A stretch of DNA of 63,738 nt, the filler included, from Thraustochytrium aureum (lineage: Eukaryota): NCBI GenBank assembly GCA_012862495.1. It is 6 parts of 6 records of this genome, joined end to end, with 100 filler letters (N's around TTAATTAATTAA, not from the genome) between each part and the next. Parts side by side here need not be neighbours in the genome. Positions count along the whole stretch, not along the records: positions 25,242 to 38,525 come from BLSG01000045.1; positions 38,626 to 59,954 come from BLSG01000046.1; 4 more parts are not named here. One strand, given 5' to 3'. Of this stretch, positions 31,527 to 42,904 are shown in pieces. The stretch's first letter is position 1. Every line of letters begins with the position of its first letter. The notes below the pieces were generated by a model. It was not told the origin of the DNA. It saw nothing but the letters and a program-made list of their open reading frames with translations, and ran no database searches. A program made the translations under genes and the position numbers.

Positions 31527-34500
31527 CTAGGCGGGCAGCTGGAAGTCGGCAGGCACGACGCCTTCGAGAAGAGGAACGATGCGCTGTCGCAGCGACTCCT
31601 GCACCTCGGGCAACTCGCGAGCCACGTCGTTCCGCCAGTAACGCTCCAGCCTTTCGCCCCGCAACTCGACCCACGCCCGCTCGAGGTCGCCACGGTCCCC
31701 GAAATAGCCTTGGCGTGGCGCGCGGTTTTGCGGGCAATTGGCAACGTGCTCGTGAGCGTCGTTGCCACAGTCCTGCAGACACCAGGCGCAAAAGTGGCAC
31801 CCACACCCGTTCCGTCCACAGGTGAGCGCAAAACAGCCTTGAAAGTCTGCGAAAACCTCCTCACACCGCGGGCAACTCAACGAAAGGATCTTGTCAGTGA
31901 TGTGATTCCAATGCCGCCGGACAATGAGCCCCATCTCCCCCTTGGCCAGCTCGGCCTCAAGCCGGGCCTTGAACTCGCGTTCCAAGTCCGCGCGGTGCTG
32001 GTCCTGAAGCCGCGCTTGGACATCTGCCCACGCCTCAGGGGAGGCCAGGCGCGCCAGCTCACTGCTCGGAATTACGTCGTCGCATACGCTGCAGGACACC
32101 GACCCATCGGGGGCGAGCCGCTCGCCTTGCAACGCACCGAGAAAGCCATCGAGGCACGACTCTTGACACACCGCGTGGCCTTGCGGGCAGCACGCTGCGC
32201 GCGCGCGGTCCACCTTGTCCATGCACGCCACGCAGTCGCGCACCTCCACCGCCGCACGATCGAAGAACGCCCGACCTCGCACGCCAGCCGCGCTTGGCCT
32301 GGCGGTCGGGTCGTCCGAGCACAGCTCCTCCACGAGGCTGGAAACGTCGTGGATGCCGTCGAAGAGCTCCGCGAGCAGCTTGCCGAACGCGTACATGTCG
32401 GCGCTGCTCCTCGCCGACGTCTCCGCCCCAGAAGCAACCTCAGGGGCGAGATATCTCAAGGTGACGTGCAGTGCCCGTGTGGCCGTAGCGTCAGCGTGCC
32501 GCACGCCGTCAAAGTCGCCGATCACAGCGCGGCCAGACGTGGTGAGCAGCACGTTTCCCGGCTTGATGTCCATGTGGACACACCCTGCTGCGTGCACGGC
32601 CGCGAGTCCGTCAAGCAGGTCGCACGCGATGCTCTTGCAGACCTCGACGCTGCGGGCCTGGCCCTCGTCGGTCAGGAGCCACTGGTCCAAACTGCCACGT
32701 TCGTAAAAGGGCATTACCAGAAACCCAAAGTGACCCTCGACGAAGACGCCCTGCACGCACACCACGAACGAGTTTCGAAGAGCCCGCAGCACGCCACACT
32801 GTCGGTAAAAGTGGCGCTGGCGGTCCTCGTCGCCGAGAAAGAAACGCTTGAGCACGACCGTTCCCCCGCGTGAATCGGTGGCTCGAACAACGGTCTTGCC
32901 ACTGACCGTCGCCAAGGTGTTTACGACGGCAAAGTCGCTCTCCTTTGCGTCGTCCAACCAAACGCCGCTGCGGCACAGCTCCGCGACGGGAAAACCCGCG
33001 CTGACGCGCAGCTTGAACAGAACAGCCTCGTCAAAGCGCTTTTCGGGAAAGTGCTGGAATACAATCTTGAGGATGCGCGATCGCTCATTGCGCAGCTCGC
33101 GCTCCACCCTCCACTGGGCACTCGAGGCGTCCAGCTCGACCAGCTCGCGCTGCAACTTTGCAATCTGCGCAATGGCTTCGGCGCGTACATCCGGGCTGTC
33201 CATGAATTTCAGGTCGTCCTCCAAGTCTTGTATCTGTTTCCGAAGCTCGTGTCGCTCCTCGCGGATCCTGAGGCTTGCGGCGCGCAGCTCTGCGACGCAG
33301 CCCTCGATCCGCGCAAAGCTGGGCTCGTTCTCACCGGCAACGACTTCGTCGAGCTTCAGCTTGGCTGCCTTGCGTTCGTCCTGCAGCGCTTCGAGCCGCC
33401 CGGGCACCCACTTGCCGTAAAACTCGGTGATCGCAGCCAAGGCGGCATAGACGAGCTCGACCGGTGCGTCGGCTTGCGGGTTGCGATCCTCCAGCGCAGC
33501 AATCTCTCGCCGCATCACTTCTCGTAAGCGGCTCAGCCACCCCTCCAGGCCGCTCAGGTCGTCTGGGTCCTGTAGAAGCGACTCAAGCGAAGGCGACGCT
33601 CCATCAAGCTCGCGCATCGTTGCTTCTGTGGCGTCTAGAAGACCACCAAGGTCGTGTTTGGACCTCCACAAGTCGATTTGCTCGAGCGTGACCTGGGCTG
33701 TCGCTTTCACCGCGCCGAAATCGTCTACTTCAGAGGTTGTCTTGGACTCGACGAATGGCTCGACAGTCTCCAACGCGGCTTGGGCTCTCGCGTTTGCGCG
33801 GACAGCGTCGATCTCGACGTCTCGCATCCTGCCGTCGAACGGGAAGGCGAGCGATTCTCGAAGGCTCGCTAGCAAGGTGGAGCGCGCCGCGTTGCGGCGC
33901 TCGACAGTTCCGACCAAGTCCTCCACATCAGGGCTATGAAGCACAGCCTGGAGCGCCTCCAGCTCAGCTGCTGACTCGCTCGCTTGTGCCAGGCTCTGCT
34001 CCAAGTCAGCCATGCGACTTAGCGGGTTGACGTGGGCCAAGACCTGGTCGAGGGCGGCTCTCGCGGCGTCAAGAAACTGGATCTCGCTATTCCTTCTCCC
34101 CCTGGCCAACTCGGAGGCGGACGAGTCGGGTGCGTGTACGAAAGCAATCAAAACACAGCTCCATTGCCGGGGTGCTGCCACGAAGCTCCGCCTCGAGCTT
34201 GGCTCGCGCTGCCTGCTCAGTCTGCTGCTCTTCTTGCTGGGCTGCTCTATCCTCACCGCCGGTTCCCTGACCTCGAGCTAGAATCGATTGGACCCGCTCT
34301 TGAAGGGGGCTCGACAGCTCGTTTCCAGAAAGGCTGTGTTGGGGTGGCCACTTTGTCAGCGATCGGCCCGGACCACACGTTTAAAAGCAGAGCCCTCCCG
34401 CGCGCGCTGTGACGCCCCCTGTCGTGACTTACTCCAAAGACGTCAGCGTCGAGTTGTGCAAGAGCGCCTCGGCCAGCGCTCCGCCTCCTACATCGGTGAT

Positions 34501-36681
34501 TGCATTGACCGGAAGACTGGCGACGAGTTCTCCCAGCATGTCAGCTAGCTGGCAAGCCGTGCAAAGAGTGGCGAGCCGGGGATCCAGCGCACCCGAAAGC
34601 AACCCGCTTCTGGAGGCTTTCCCTGCAACGACTTACCCCAGGCAAGTCAGCGTGGAGTTGGTTTCGAGCGCCTTGCCGAGCGCGGCAGCTCCCTCGTCGG
34701 AGATTTGGTTGAAACCAAGCCTGTTGGCGTTCACTCTTTCGTTAGCGGGCGAGAAGATTGCTCGCGATTCGTCGCAGAGGCCGTCTACTTACGACAACTC
34801 GGTCAGCGTCGAGTTGGTCTCAAGCGCCTTGCCAAGCGCGACTGCCCCTTCGTCCGAGATGTGGTTATCATGAAGGCTGGCGTCGTCGGGGGCATCAGAG
34901 CACGTTAGCAAAGGCTGCTGATCGAGCGCCGCCAGCGCCGTGTCTCGTCCCGCATGAACTTACTGCAGCACAGCCAGCGTGGAGTTGGTCTCGAGCGCCG
35001 CGCCGAGCGCGGTGGCATCGGCAGCGGAGATGCTCTGGCTAGAAAGGCTGTCACCGTGAGGCGAAACGCTCTGTTGTTAGCGGGGAAGGAGCCGGGTTGT
35101 ACCGGCGCGGTAGGTGCAGTGCGGCGCCCTGCCGCGACTTACTCGAACTCTGTTGCGCCTCGTTTCATCGCGCCCACCGTGAGCAGCGTGGCGATTCGAG
35201 ATTGCAGGTGATCGGAGATGTTGCCGTTGAAGAGGCTGTCGTCGGCGGCGCCGCCCATTAGCACGTCAGCTTTTGAGTGCGGCTGAGCGCGCCTCATCGC
35301 TACCAGCAGGTGCAGAGCGGTCCCTGCAACGACTTACTCGAGCGTCGTCAGCGTCGCGTTGGTCTTGAGCGCCTCGCATAGCGCTTCAACCCCTTCGTCG
35401 GAGATTTGGTTGAAACCAAGGCTGGCAGCGTTGATGAAGAGCATGGAATTGCTCGGATTCTTCGTCAGCGGGCCAGACCCTTCGTAGTCGCAACAACCCT
35501 CGCACTGCACCAACCTACCCTAGCTCAGTCAGCGTCAAGTTGTTCTCGACCGCCGTGGCAAGCGCGGCGACTCCAAAGTCGGAGATGAGGTTCAAACCAA
35601 GGCTGTGGGTGTGTGTTCGATGGCGTTGGTGAGCAGGCCGGATCGCCTCCGTCAGCGAGCGAGAATGAGCAAGTGACGCGGCAGTGCAAGCATGTCGAGC
35701 GCGGATCCAGCACACTCGACAGTCCGCCCGCACTGACGCCTCGCAACGACGTACTTGAGCTTTGTCAGCGTCGAGTTGGTCTCAAGAGCCTTGCCGAGCG
35801 TAGCAGCTCCTTCATCGGTGATTTGGTTCTGCTCGAGACTGTTGATAATCGTGGGGAGGAGGGTTTCGAGCCCGGCTTGTCAGCAAACGAAACGAAAACG
35901 GACGAGCCGGCAGCATGTATTCGACAGTTCGACGGCCACCCAACTCATTCAGACGCTCCAAGCCGACTTACTCCAGCGCCGTCAGCGTCGAGTTGTTCTG
36001 GAGCACATTGCCGAGCGCTGCGGCACCATCGTCGGAGATTTTGTTCTCTTGAAGGCTGCATTCGTTCGTTTTTGCGTCGATACCAATGCGTCAGCGAGCC
36101 TCAAAAATGTAAGGTAGCCTTGAAAACAGCACGGCGTTCTGAGCGCGAAGTGGAGAACGCTGCGCGCTGCGACGCCTTGCAAACAAGACACCTTACTTTA
36201 GTTCAGTCAGCGTCGAGTTGGATTCGAGCGCCTCGGCCAGCGCGAACGCCCCTTCATTGGAGATGCTGTTACCCTGGAGACTATTGGCATTCAGTTTGTT
36301 TTTGATTTGTTTTGTCCCGAAGCCCGTAGCGAACGTCAGCGCGCGTCTCGAAAAAGTCTGTGCTTGCGAGCAGGTCGGCGCTGCGGGGGCACAGAAGAGC
36401 CGCACAGCAAACAGGACGTACCTCAGTTCAGTCACCGTCGAGTTGGTCTTGAGCACCTCGGCCAGCGCGACCGCCCCTGCCTCGTCAACCTCGTTGTTGT
36501 CGAGCCTGCGACCGCGTTGTTAGCCATCTACTCGACCGCATCAAACAAAACCTCCACGACAAAGCCCTCCACCACGCAAACAAGCCCTCCACCGCAAGCC
36601 CGAGGCCACTTACTCGATCCTCCTCTCCCCGCGCTGCGCCGCGCCCACGGCGTCCTCCACGTCCGTCGCCGTGTACCCCAT
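31527..36681 (-). CDS. Multi-exon LRR - coiled coil - protein kinase - RING - Rcat/IBR-like protein
   Basis: Exons, all bounded by GT-AG and phase 2: 36614-36681 (ATG; MGYTATDVEDAVGAAQRGERRI), 36422-36505, 36197-36280, 35972-36055, 35755-35838, 35519-35602, 35338-35421, 35143-35235, 34964-35047, 34793-34876, 34637-34720, 34433-34516. The terminal exon starts at 34333, with a frameshift or small intron near 34090-34160. Kinase motifs VVLKRF, HMDIKPGN, GDFD, YLAPE, DMYAFG; RING CVAC...CPQGHAVC..SC...CSVC; then CPRC...FQGCFALTC...CGCHFCAWC...H. Confidence 0.88.
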
Positions 36682-37240
36682 GCGCCCGCCCAAAAGACAG
36701 ACCGACCGAGCGACCAACCTCCACCACCAGCCCCGTGCGCAGCAGCCGCCCGCGCGAGCGGCCCGCCGCCCAGCAGCCCCGCGTTCGACGCGTCGCGTTC
36801 GACGAGGCCTGCGCGACCCAGGAGCTGTCCCTGCGCGCCGCTGCCTGACTCGTTCGGGCTCTGCTCGTCCCTCTCTCGTACTCGGTTCTCCACTCGGTCA
36901 CGCAATGCAACAAGATCCGAATTAGCCCAACCCAGCCTCTGCACCTTGGCTGTATTCGGATAAACTGTTTATTTTACCGGGGATGGATGGTTAGGGCAGA
37001 GACGGTGTGCACTGTTTCTCCGAAGCGAGGAGGGCAAATTATTGTGCGTGGGTCGTGTCTATGGAGGCGACTGATGGGGCGGGTGTGCGACTGTGGTGAG
37101 CGGCGGCGAGGTGGGCGCGCGAGAGGGTGGACCGCGCTTGCGGGCGCGCGCGGCCATAATTTGTGCGGAACGCTTTCTAATGGAATTTTTCAGTTCCGTT
37201 TTGATCGTTTTGGGAACTTTGGACTGACCTCGAGGAAGGG

Positions 37241-37380
37241 TTGCGAGTTTGGGAGAATCATTCGAGCGTGGCCGCCCAGCTCGACAATATCGGATTGGTG
37301 CGCTTTGATCACGGCAACAACGTCGAGGCGCTGCAGCACTTTGAGCAAGCCCTTGTCGTTGACCAGAGGCGCCTGGAGAT
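37241..37380 (+). pseudogene. Isolated kinesin-light-chain-type TPR repeat (remnant or single exon)
   Basis: ENHSSVAAQLDNIGLVRFDHGNNVEALQHFEQALVVDQR fits the 42-aa TPR consensus (HPxVAxxLxNLGxxxxxxGxxxEALxxxExAL); no long flanking ORF. Confidence 0.6.
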
Positions 37381-38525
37381 TTCGAACTGCATGTGGCTTG
37401 GCATCTACACAATATCGGAATGCTGCACGCAAAGCAGGGCAACAAGGACATGGCGCACGCATGTCTGTTCCAGGCGGTGGGCATTTTCGTGGTCGTGCTC
37501 GGTGCCGACCACCCGCAGAGCAAAGACACCGCTGGGTGGCTGACCTCACCAGGCTAACTTTAGACAAGCGTTGGGTCAGCCAACGAGGATACAAACAGCA
37601 GCGGCTGGTCCCCCCCCCGAAACGCGCTTCACAAGGCACCACGTTGTGTGCCAAGCAGTATGCTTGGAGCGCTCCAAACAAGTAGACTGTGGCCCGGCGA
37701 GCTCTTGCCTTNNNNNNNNNNNNNNNNNNNNNNNNNNNNNNNNNNNNNNNNNNNNNNNNNNNNNNNNNNNNNNNNNNNNNNNNNNNNNNNNNNNNNNNNN
37801 NNNNNNNNNNNNNNNNNNNNNNNNNNNNNNNNNNNNNNNNNNNNNNNNNNNNNNNNNNNNNNNNNNNNNNNNNNNNNNNNNNNNNNNNNNNNNNNCGCTG
37901 GCGTTGTGGCTGGCATGGCCCACTCGCAGCTTCGGGCGCACGTGAACCGCGTCTCCCTTCCTTGCGCCCATCCTCCAGGGAATCAAAGAGAGTACCGCTC
38001 GCGCGGCGGTCAGCAAGCTGGCGAGGCTGGGCCCCGCCGTGATGGCGGCTCTAGCGCGCGGACGACGAATCGCGAGCGCGCATCTCACCTTGACGGCGCG
38101 GCCAACTCATCCGCGGATGGATGCGCCAGCGATGGACGGCTGGAGAAGTTCTCGTCGGAATAGGCCTGACCGTCATGCGTCCGCCTGCGTGAACAGACCG
38201 CTGCTCGCTCGGTGGCTCGATTCAAGAGCCGCGTGCGCACATTTCGCCGCCTGCGAGGCCGCGTGGGAGCCAGCCAGCACCGCGCCTCCCGGAGAAAACC
38301 ACCATCGGTTTTCACGATCGCGTGCACAACCTGCATGATGATCGCTTCCTTGGCGCAACGCGCTCCCGAGGACACCGTGCGCGAAGACGCGCCAGACCAC
38401 AAACCAGCGCAGCGCTGCTCCGTGGGAGCAAGCGAGGCACCGAGCGGGCACGATGCGCAAGTCGCTGGGCAAGCTCGCCAAGCGCGTCAGCCTGCGCGGC
38501 AGCAAGCGCGCCGACGAGGACGAGG

Positions 38526-38625
38526 NNNNNNNNNNNNNNNNNNNNNNNNNNNNNNNNNNNNNNNNNNNNTTAATTAATTAANNNNNNNNNNNNNNNNNNN
38601 NNNNNNNNNNNNNNNNNNNNNNNNN
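38526..38625. other. Artificial contig-joining linker
   Basis: TTAATTAATTAA at 38570-38581. Confidence 0.97.
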
Positions 38626-38670
38626 CGGGGCTGAGCTAGGTGTCTCCGACGGGGCAGACGACGGGGCCGA

Positions 38671-38735
38671 GCTACGCTACGCTACGCTGCGCTGCGCTGC
38701 GCTGCGCTACCGGTACGCTGCGCTGCGCTACGCTA
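38671..38735. repeat. (GCTAC/GCTGC)n pentanucleotide microsatellite
   Basis: Directly visible tandem pentamers. Confidence 0.85.
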
Positions 38736-39806
38736 AAAGACGGGAGGCGCAACCTCAAAAGAAATGAGAAGGAAAAAACAGCAGGGCCAAGCCTGCCCAG
38801 TGACGGCCAGGAGTCAAATCTCAATCTGCTGGTGGGCAGGGGCTTCTTCTCCTTCTCCTTTCGAGCGAGGCCCTCGTGTGAAGCAAGGAAGATCCTCCCT
38901 GTGAAGCGACTTCAATAAGTGGACAGTTCAGGAGGGTCCGAGTGTCGCCCACAGTACAGTACCTCCTGACGACGTAGAACAGATCTGGCGCCCAAACTGG
39001 ACATCGCGTGGCGCGAGAGCTTTGCCAAGGCATCGTCATGGCAAGCCGAGAAGCGTGAATTTCCCTGCATGGAGCTTATCATCAATGACATGCCACTGGC
39101 CTATGATGCCAGTGGCGCAGCGAGCGAGATGCCTCTGGCACACGACGCCAAGGGCTGTTTTCCGCGAAGGAAGAGGCGGCGGTGCCGCGAACTGTCGCGT
39201 CTGGCTGTCGCCAACGGAAAGGAGGCAAAGCAACGCCAAAGGGGTGCGCTCAGACGCTGACCTGCTGGCAAATACGACGAGCCAACGAACAGACTAGGAC
39301 AGCTTCAGCTTGGAGAATTGCCTTTGAACAAATACGACGACGAAGCTGAAAGCAAGGAGGATCCGCGCCGAGAGCTAGGTCGTCCTTGCCCGTGCTGCGT
39401 CTGCTTTTACAGGAGAATCCAGCTTGATTTTGGAGAGGAAAAGGNNNNNNNNNNNNNNNNNNNNNNNNNNNNNNNNNNNNNNNNNNNNNNNNNNNNNNNN
39501 NNNNNNNNNNNNNNNNNNNNNNNNNNNNNNNNNNNNNNNNNNNNNNNNNNNNNNNNNNNNNNNNNNNNNNNNNNNNNNNNNNNNNNNNNNNNNNNNNNNN
39601 NNNNNNNNNNNNNNNNNNNNNNNNNNNNNNNNNNNNNNNNNNNNNNNNNNNNNNNNNNNNNNNNNNNNNNNNNNNNNNNNNNNNNNNNNNNNNNNNNNNN
39701 NNNNNNNNNNTAGTAGCACTGTTGGCGTGGGTGCGGTTTCTCAAGACGATTAGGAGCCTCAGGCTGGGCTGGGCGAGTTCGTGTGTCGATCAAACGGATG
39801 CGCTCA

Positions 39807-40846
39807 TCAGATGTGCGATGACTGTTGGACGTGGTCGCGAAGAAACAGCGTGCTCTTCCGATTAGGTATCCCAACACGCTTGACAACCCGGCAGCCGTCG
39901 AGATCAATGCTCACAAACCTGCGCGCCCTGTCTCCGAACCGCGAAACGAGAAAGTCGCGCGACTGAGCCGAGAGGCTATCCAACACGCGCTGCACTTTCC
40001 AGACGTCAAACGTGGAAAGAACTCGCGAGCCCAAACTGCCGCCAATTCTATACTCGGCAAAGCCAAGGGTTCGCGGTAGCTCATCGGAGAGACCCGAACC
40101 GGCTGCCACAAAAGCTTGCAGAGCCTGGATTGTTGCTTCAAGGACGGGGACGTGTTCCTCAAAAAACTGCTCGAGGAGTGGCTCTACGGTCGCAGGAATG
40201 TTGTTCTGATCGTCGCCAAAGCCAGCGACGCGTTCTCCAAGGCAGATGGATCCTGCGTTGTCCACCCACTGCGCGCGTTCTGCGCCAAGAAAGCACCCAC
40301 CCTCGACGCGCTCAACCCATTCAGCCACGAGCGGGTATTGCGTCCGCATGACGTATCCAGGAACAGGGTCGCGGTATAGGTGCGCAAAAAGCGGGCCGAC
40401 GAGCCCGAAGTCGCCAACGCACGGCGCGCCCCCCAGCAAATAGCGGTGCTGGCTCAAGTGCGCCGAGAACGCCCCCATGAAGCGATGGTAGCTCGCCTCA
40501 ATCCCCGGTATGGTTTCGTTGCTGACGCCGAGGGCAGGGAGAAGGCTGGCAAAGCGGTGCATCATAGCGCTTGCACGCTTGTGGTTGGCCAGTCGTTGAT
40601 TCGGGTCTGCCCTCGCGTGCGCCTCTGGGTTGCTAGTGCGGTCCCACTCGTTGCGCAGGAAGCCGAGTTGCTCGGGAAAGCTCCATCGGTAGTGCATTGC
40701 TGCCGTCTTGAGAAACTCGTCCCCAAACAACTCCATTATGGCCGCAACAGCGCCCATATTGCTGCCTTTTGCTGGGTACACGGGTCGGAACTCGGGATGC
40801 TTGGCTTCAAAGTGGTCAATGATCATCGACGTATCTTGCACGACCC
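39807..40846 (-). CDS. Glutathione S-transferase-like protein (long type); 5' end in gap
   Basis: VVQDTSMIIDHFE, ELFGDE, AMHYRW, YLLGGAPCVGDFGL.GPLFAHLYRDP (GST C-terminal N-capping motif). Confidence 0.78.
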
Positions 40847-41387
40847 NNNNNNNNNNNNNNNNNNNNNNNNNNNNNNNNNNNNNNNNNNNNNNNNNNNNNN
40901 NNNNNNNNNNNNNNNNNNNNNNNNNNNNNNNNNNNNNNNNNNNNNNNNNNNNNNNNNNNNNNNNNNNNNNNNNNNNNNNNNNNNNNNNNNNNNNNNNNNN
41001 NNNNNNNNNNNNNNNNNNNNNNNNNNNNNNNNNNNNNNNNNNNNNNNNNNNNNNNNNNNNNNNNNNNNNNNNNNNNNNNNNNNNNNNNNNNNNNNNNNNN
41101 NNNNNNNNNNNNNNNNNNNNNNNNNNNNNNNNNNNNNNNNNNNNNNNNNNNNNNNNNNNNNNNNNNNNNNNNNNNNNNNNNNNNNNNNNNNNNNNNNNNN
41201 NNNNNNNNNNNNNNNNNNNNNNNNNCTCTTGCGGCAGGCCTCCTGGTTCGAGCTGGCTCGAGAGCCCTCCGTCGTGGTCCACGCTCGAGACCCCGAGGTC
41301 TCTCTAGCTAGCTATACCGTACGAGAGAGCTCTGAGGGCTGCTGGCGAGCGTCGGGCCCAACGCAAGAGACCCCGCGTGCGGCGAGG

Positions 41388-42395
41388 ATGGCGGAGCTGG
41401 CCGCCAAGCACCTGTTCCATGGGGCATTCAAGTCGGCGCAAGGCTCGGTCTCCGGGTGAGTTGCACTTGCTTGCTCGGCGAGCTGGCTGGCTGGCTGGCT
41501 CTGGCTGGCTGGCGCTCTGGCTCGCTCGACGCGTGGAGGCCTGCGGCTGACGTGGAGCGTGGAGACCCCGGGGACGCAGTATCGCCGAGGCAGTGTCGAA
41601 CGCCGCGCACCGCGCCACGAGCAGCCGAGGGCCACGGAGCGAGGGTGCAGGCGCGCTGGGCAGCGATGCGAATGCGCCGTTGCATGGATTCTGCTCGTGC
41701 TTTCAGCGCGCCATCCAAGTCGTCGGTGACCTGACGGGGTCGACGACTCCAGAGGAAAACGGAGGCGAGAGTTTGACCGCAGCCTGCTGCCGATCCTGCA
41801 AGACGGGGCGCTCTTCTCCATGGTCGAATACGAGCGGCCCCAAAGCGCCAACTTGGTGAGCCAGGTCTCGCGCTCGGTGACGTCCTTCCTGGGCGGGACC
41901 GCGCGAGCAGCCGCCGGCCACAGCGCAACAAGCAGCACGACAGCGACCGACGCGGTTGGCTGCTCTGTGATGCTTGCTCTGGACGTGCAAGACGGTCTCG
42001 CGTTGGTTTGGAGGTCGCTGGAGCTGGAGCAGAACCGTCCCAAGTTCTCCGGCCGCGTCGAGTTGCACCTCATCAACGCTGCAGCGAGCGTCGACAGCGC
42101 CAGTGAAGGGCCCCTGCTGGTCTTGCGCGGGCGGGCCGGCAAGGTCCTTCTTAGCGTCAAAGGCGAGTCAGGGTCGCAGTGCAGCGAGTGGGCAAAGGCA
42201 ATCTCTGAAGCCCTGGTCGTCCTGGCTCCGCAGCTCGAGGAAAGCGCAAGCGAAAGCCGCGGCCTAATGGATCGCCAGCAGCGCTTTGTCGAGCTGGAGC
42301 GCCGAAAGCGCGAGCGAGAGAAAAAGAAGGCTGCGCTTGGGAGTGTCGGCATGACATATACGGCGCAGGCCATGATCGGGCGGTCTGACGCGTGA
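41388..42395 (+). CDS. Hypothetical PH-like domain plus coiled-coil protein (intron about 41456-41706)
   Basis: ATG at 41388, GTGAGT donor and TTTCAG acceptor; ORF 41820-42395 has beta-rich segments ending in a CSEWAKAI helix (PH-like); exon 2 needs frame corrections. Confidence 0.5.
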
Positions 42396-42904
42396 GAGAT
42401 TCTTGTACACGCAGGTGATGTTGCGGCGCAATGTGCACGCGGCAACGAGCGCTGTGTTTTTCGCTAGCGGCTTGGGGCCAGAACAGAGCCCCTGCGGGCC
42501 TCAACTTCGAGAAGGCATCATGTAGGCCTGCTGTTTTGCTGCGTTGCGTTGTGCTGAAGAAATGGCTGTACCTTCTGCATGAGTGGGCGTTCAAGCTACG
42601 CGGCCTTCATTCTGAAAGGCTGGTGCGGAACGAGTTCTGGGTGCGCTGCCGGGACGTCACTGCTTGCCACAGCGGCGGGTGGCCCAACCCCGACCGGCTC
42701 CCAAAAGGGGCCGAATCCCACTGTGCAGAAAAGAAAAAAAAGCAAGAAAGTGTAGAAAGGTTAGGAATCTTGCTCTCCTGTGCAAGACCAGGACTACCGG
42801 GGTACGCCCCAATCGGTCACCTCTGCGCGCGTCAGGTGTCGCATGCTGGGGAGAGCTCGAACTGGCCCCTGTTGAAGATTTTTTCCTGAAGTTTCTCTTC
42901 AAGA

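Noticed and set aside
34409..34873. Plus-strand ORFs with repeated VSVELVSSALPS
   Set aside because: Antisense shadows of the minus-strand LRR exons.
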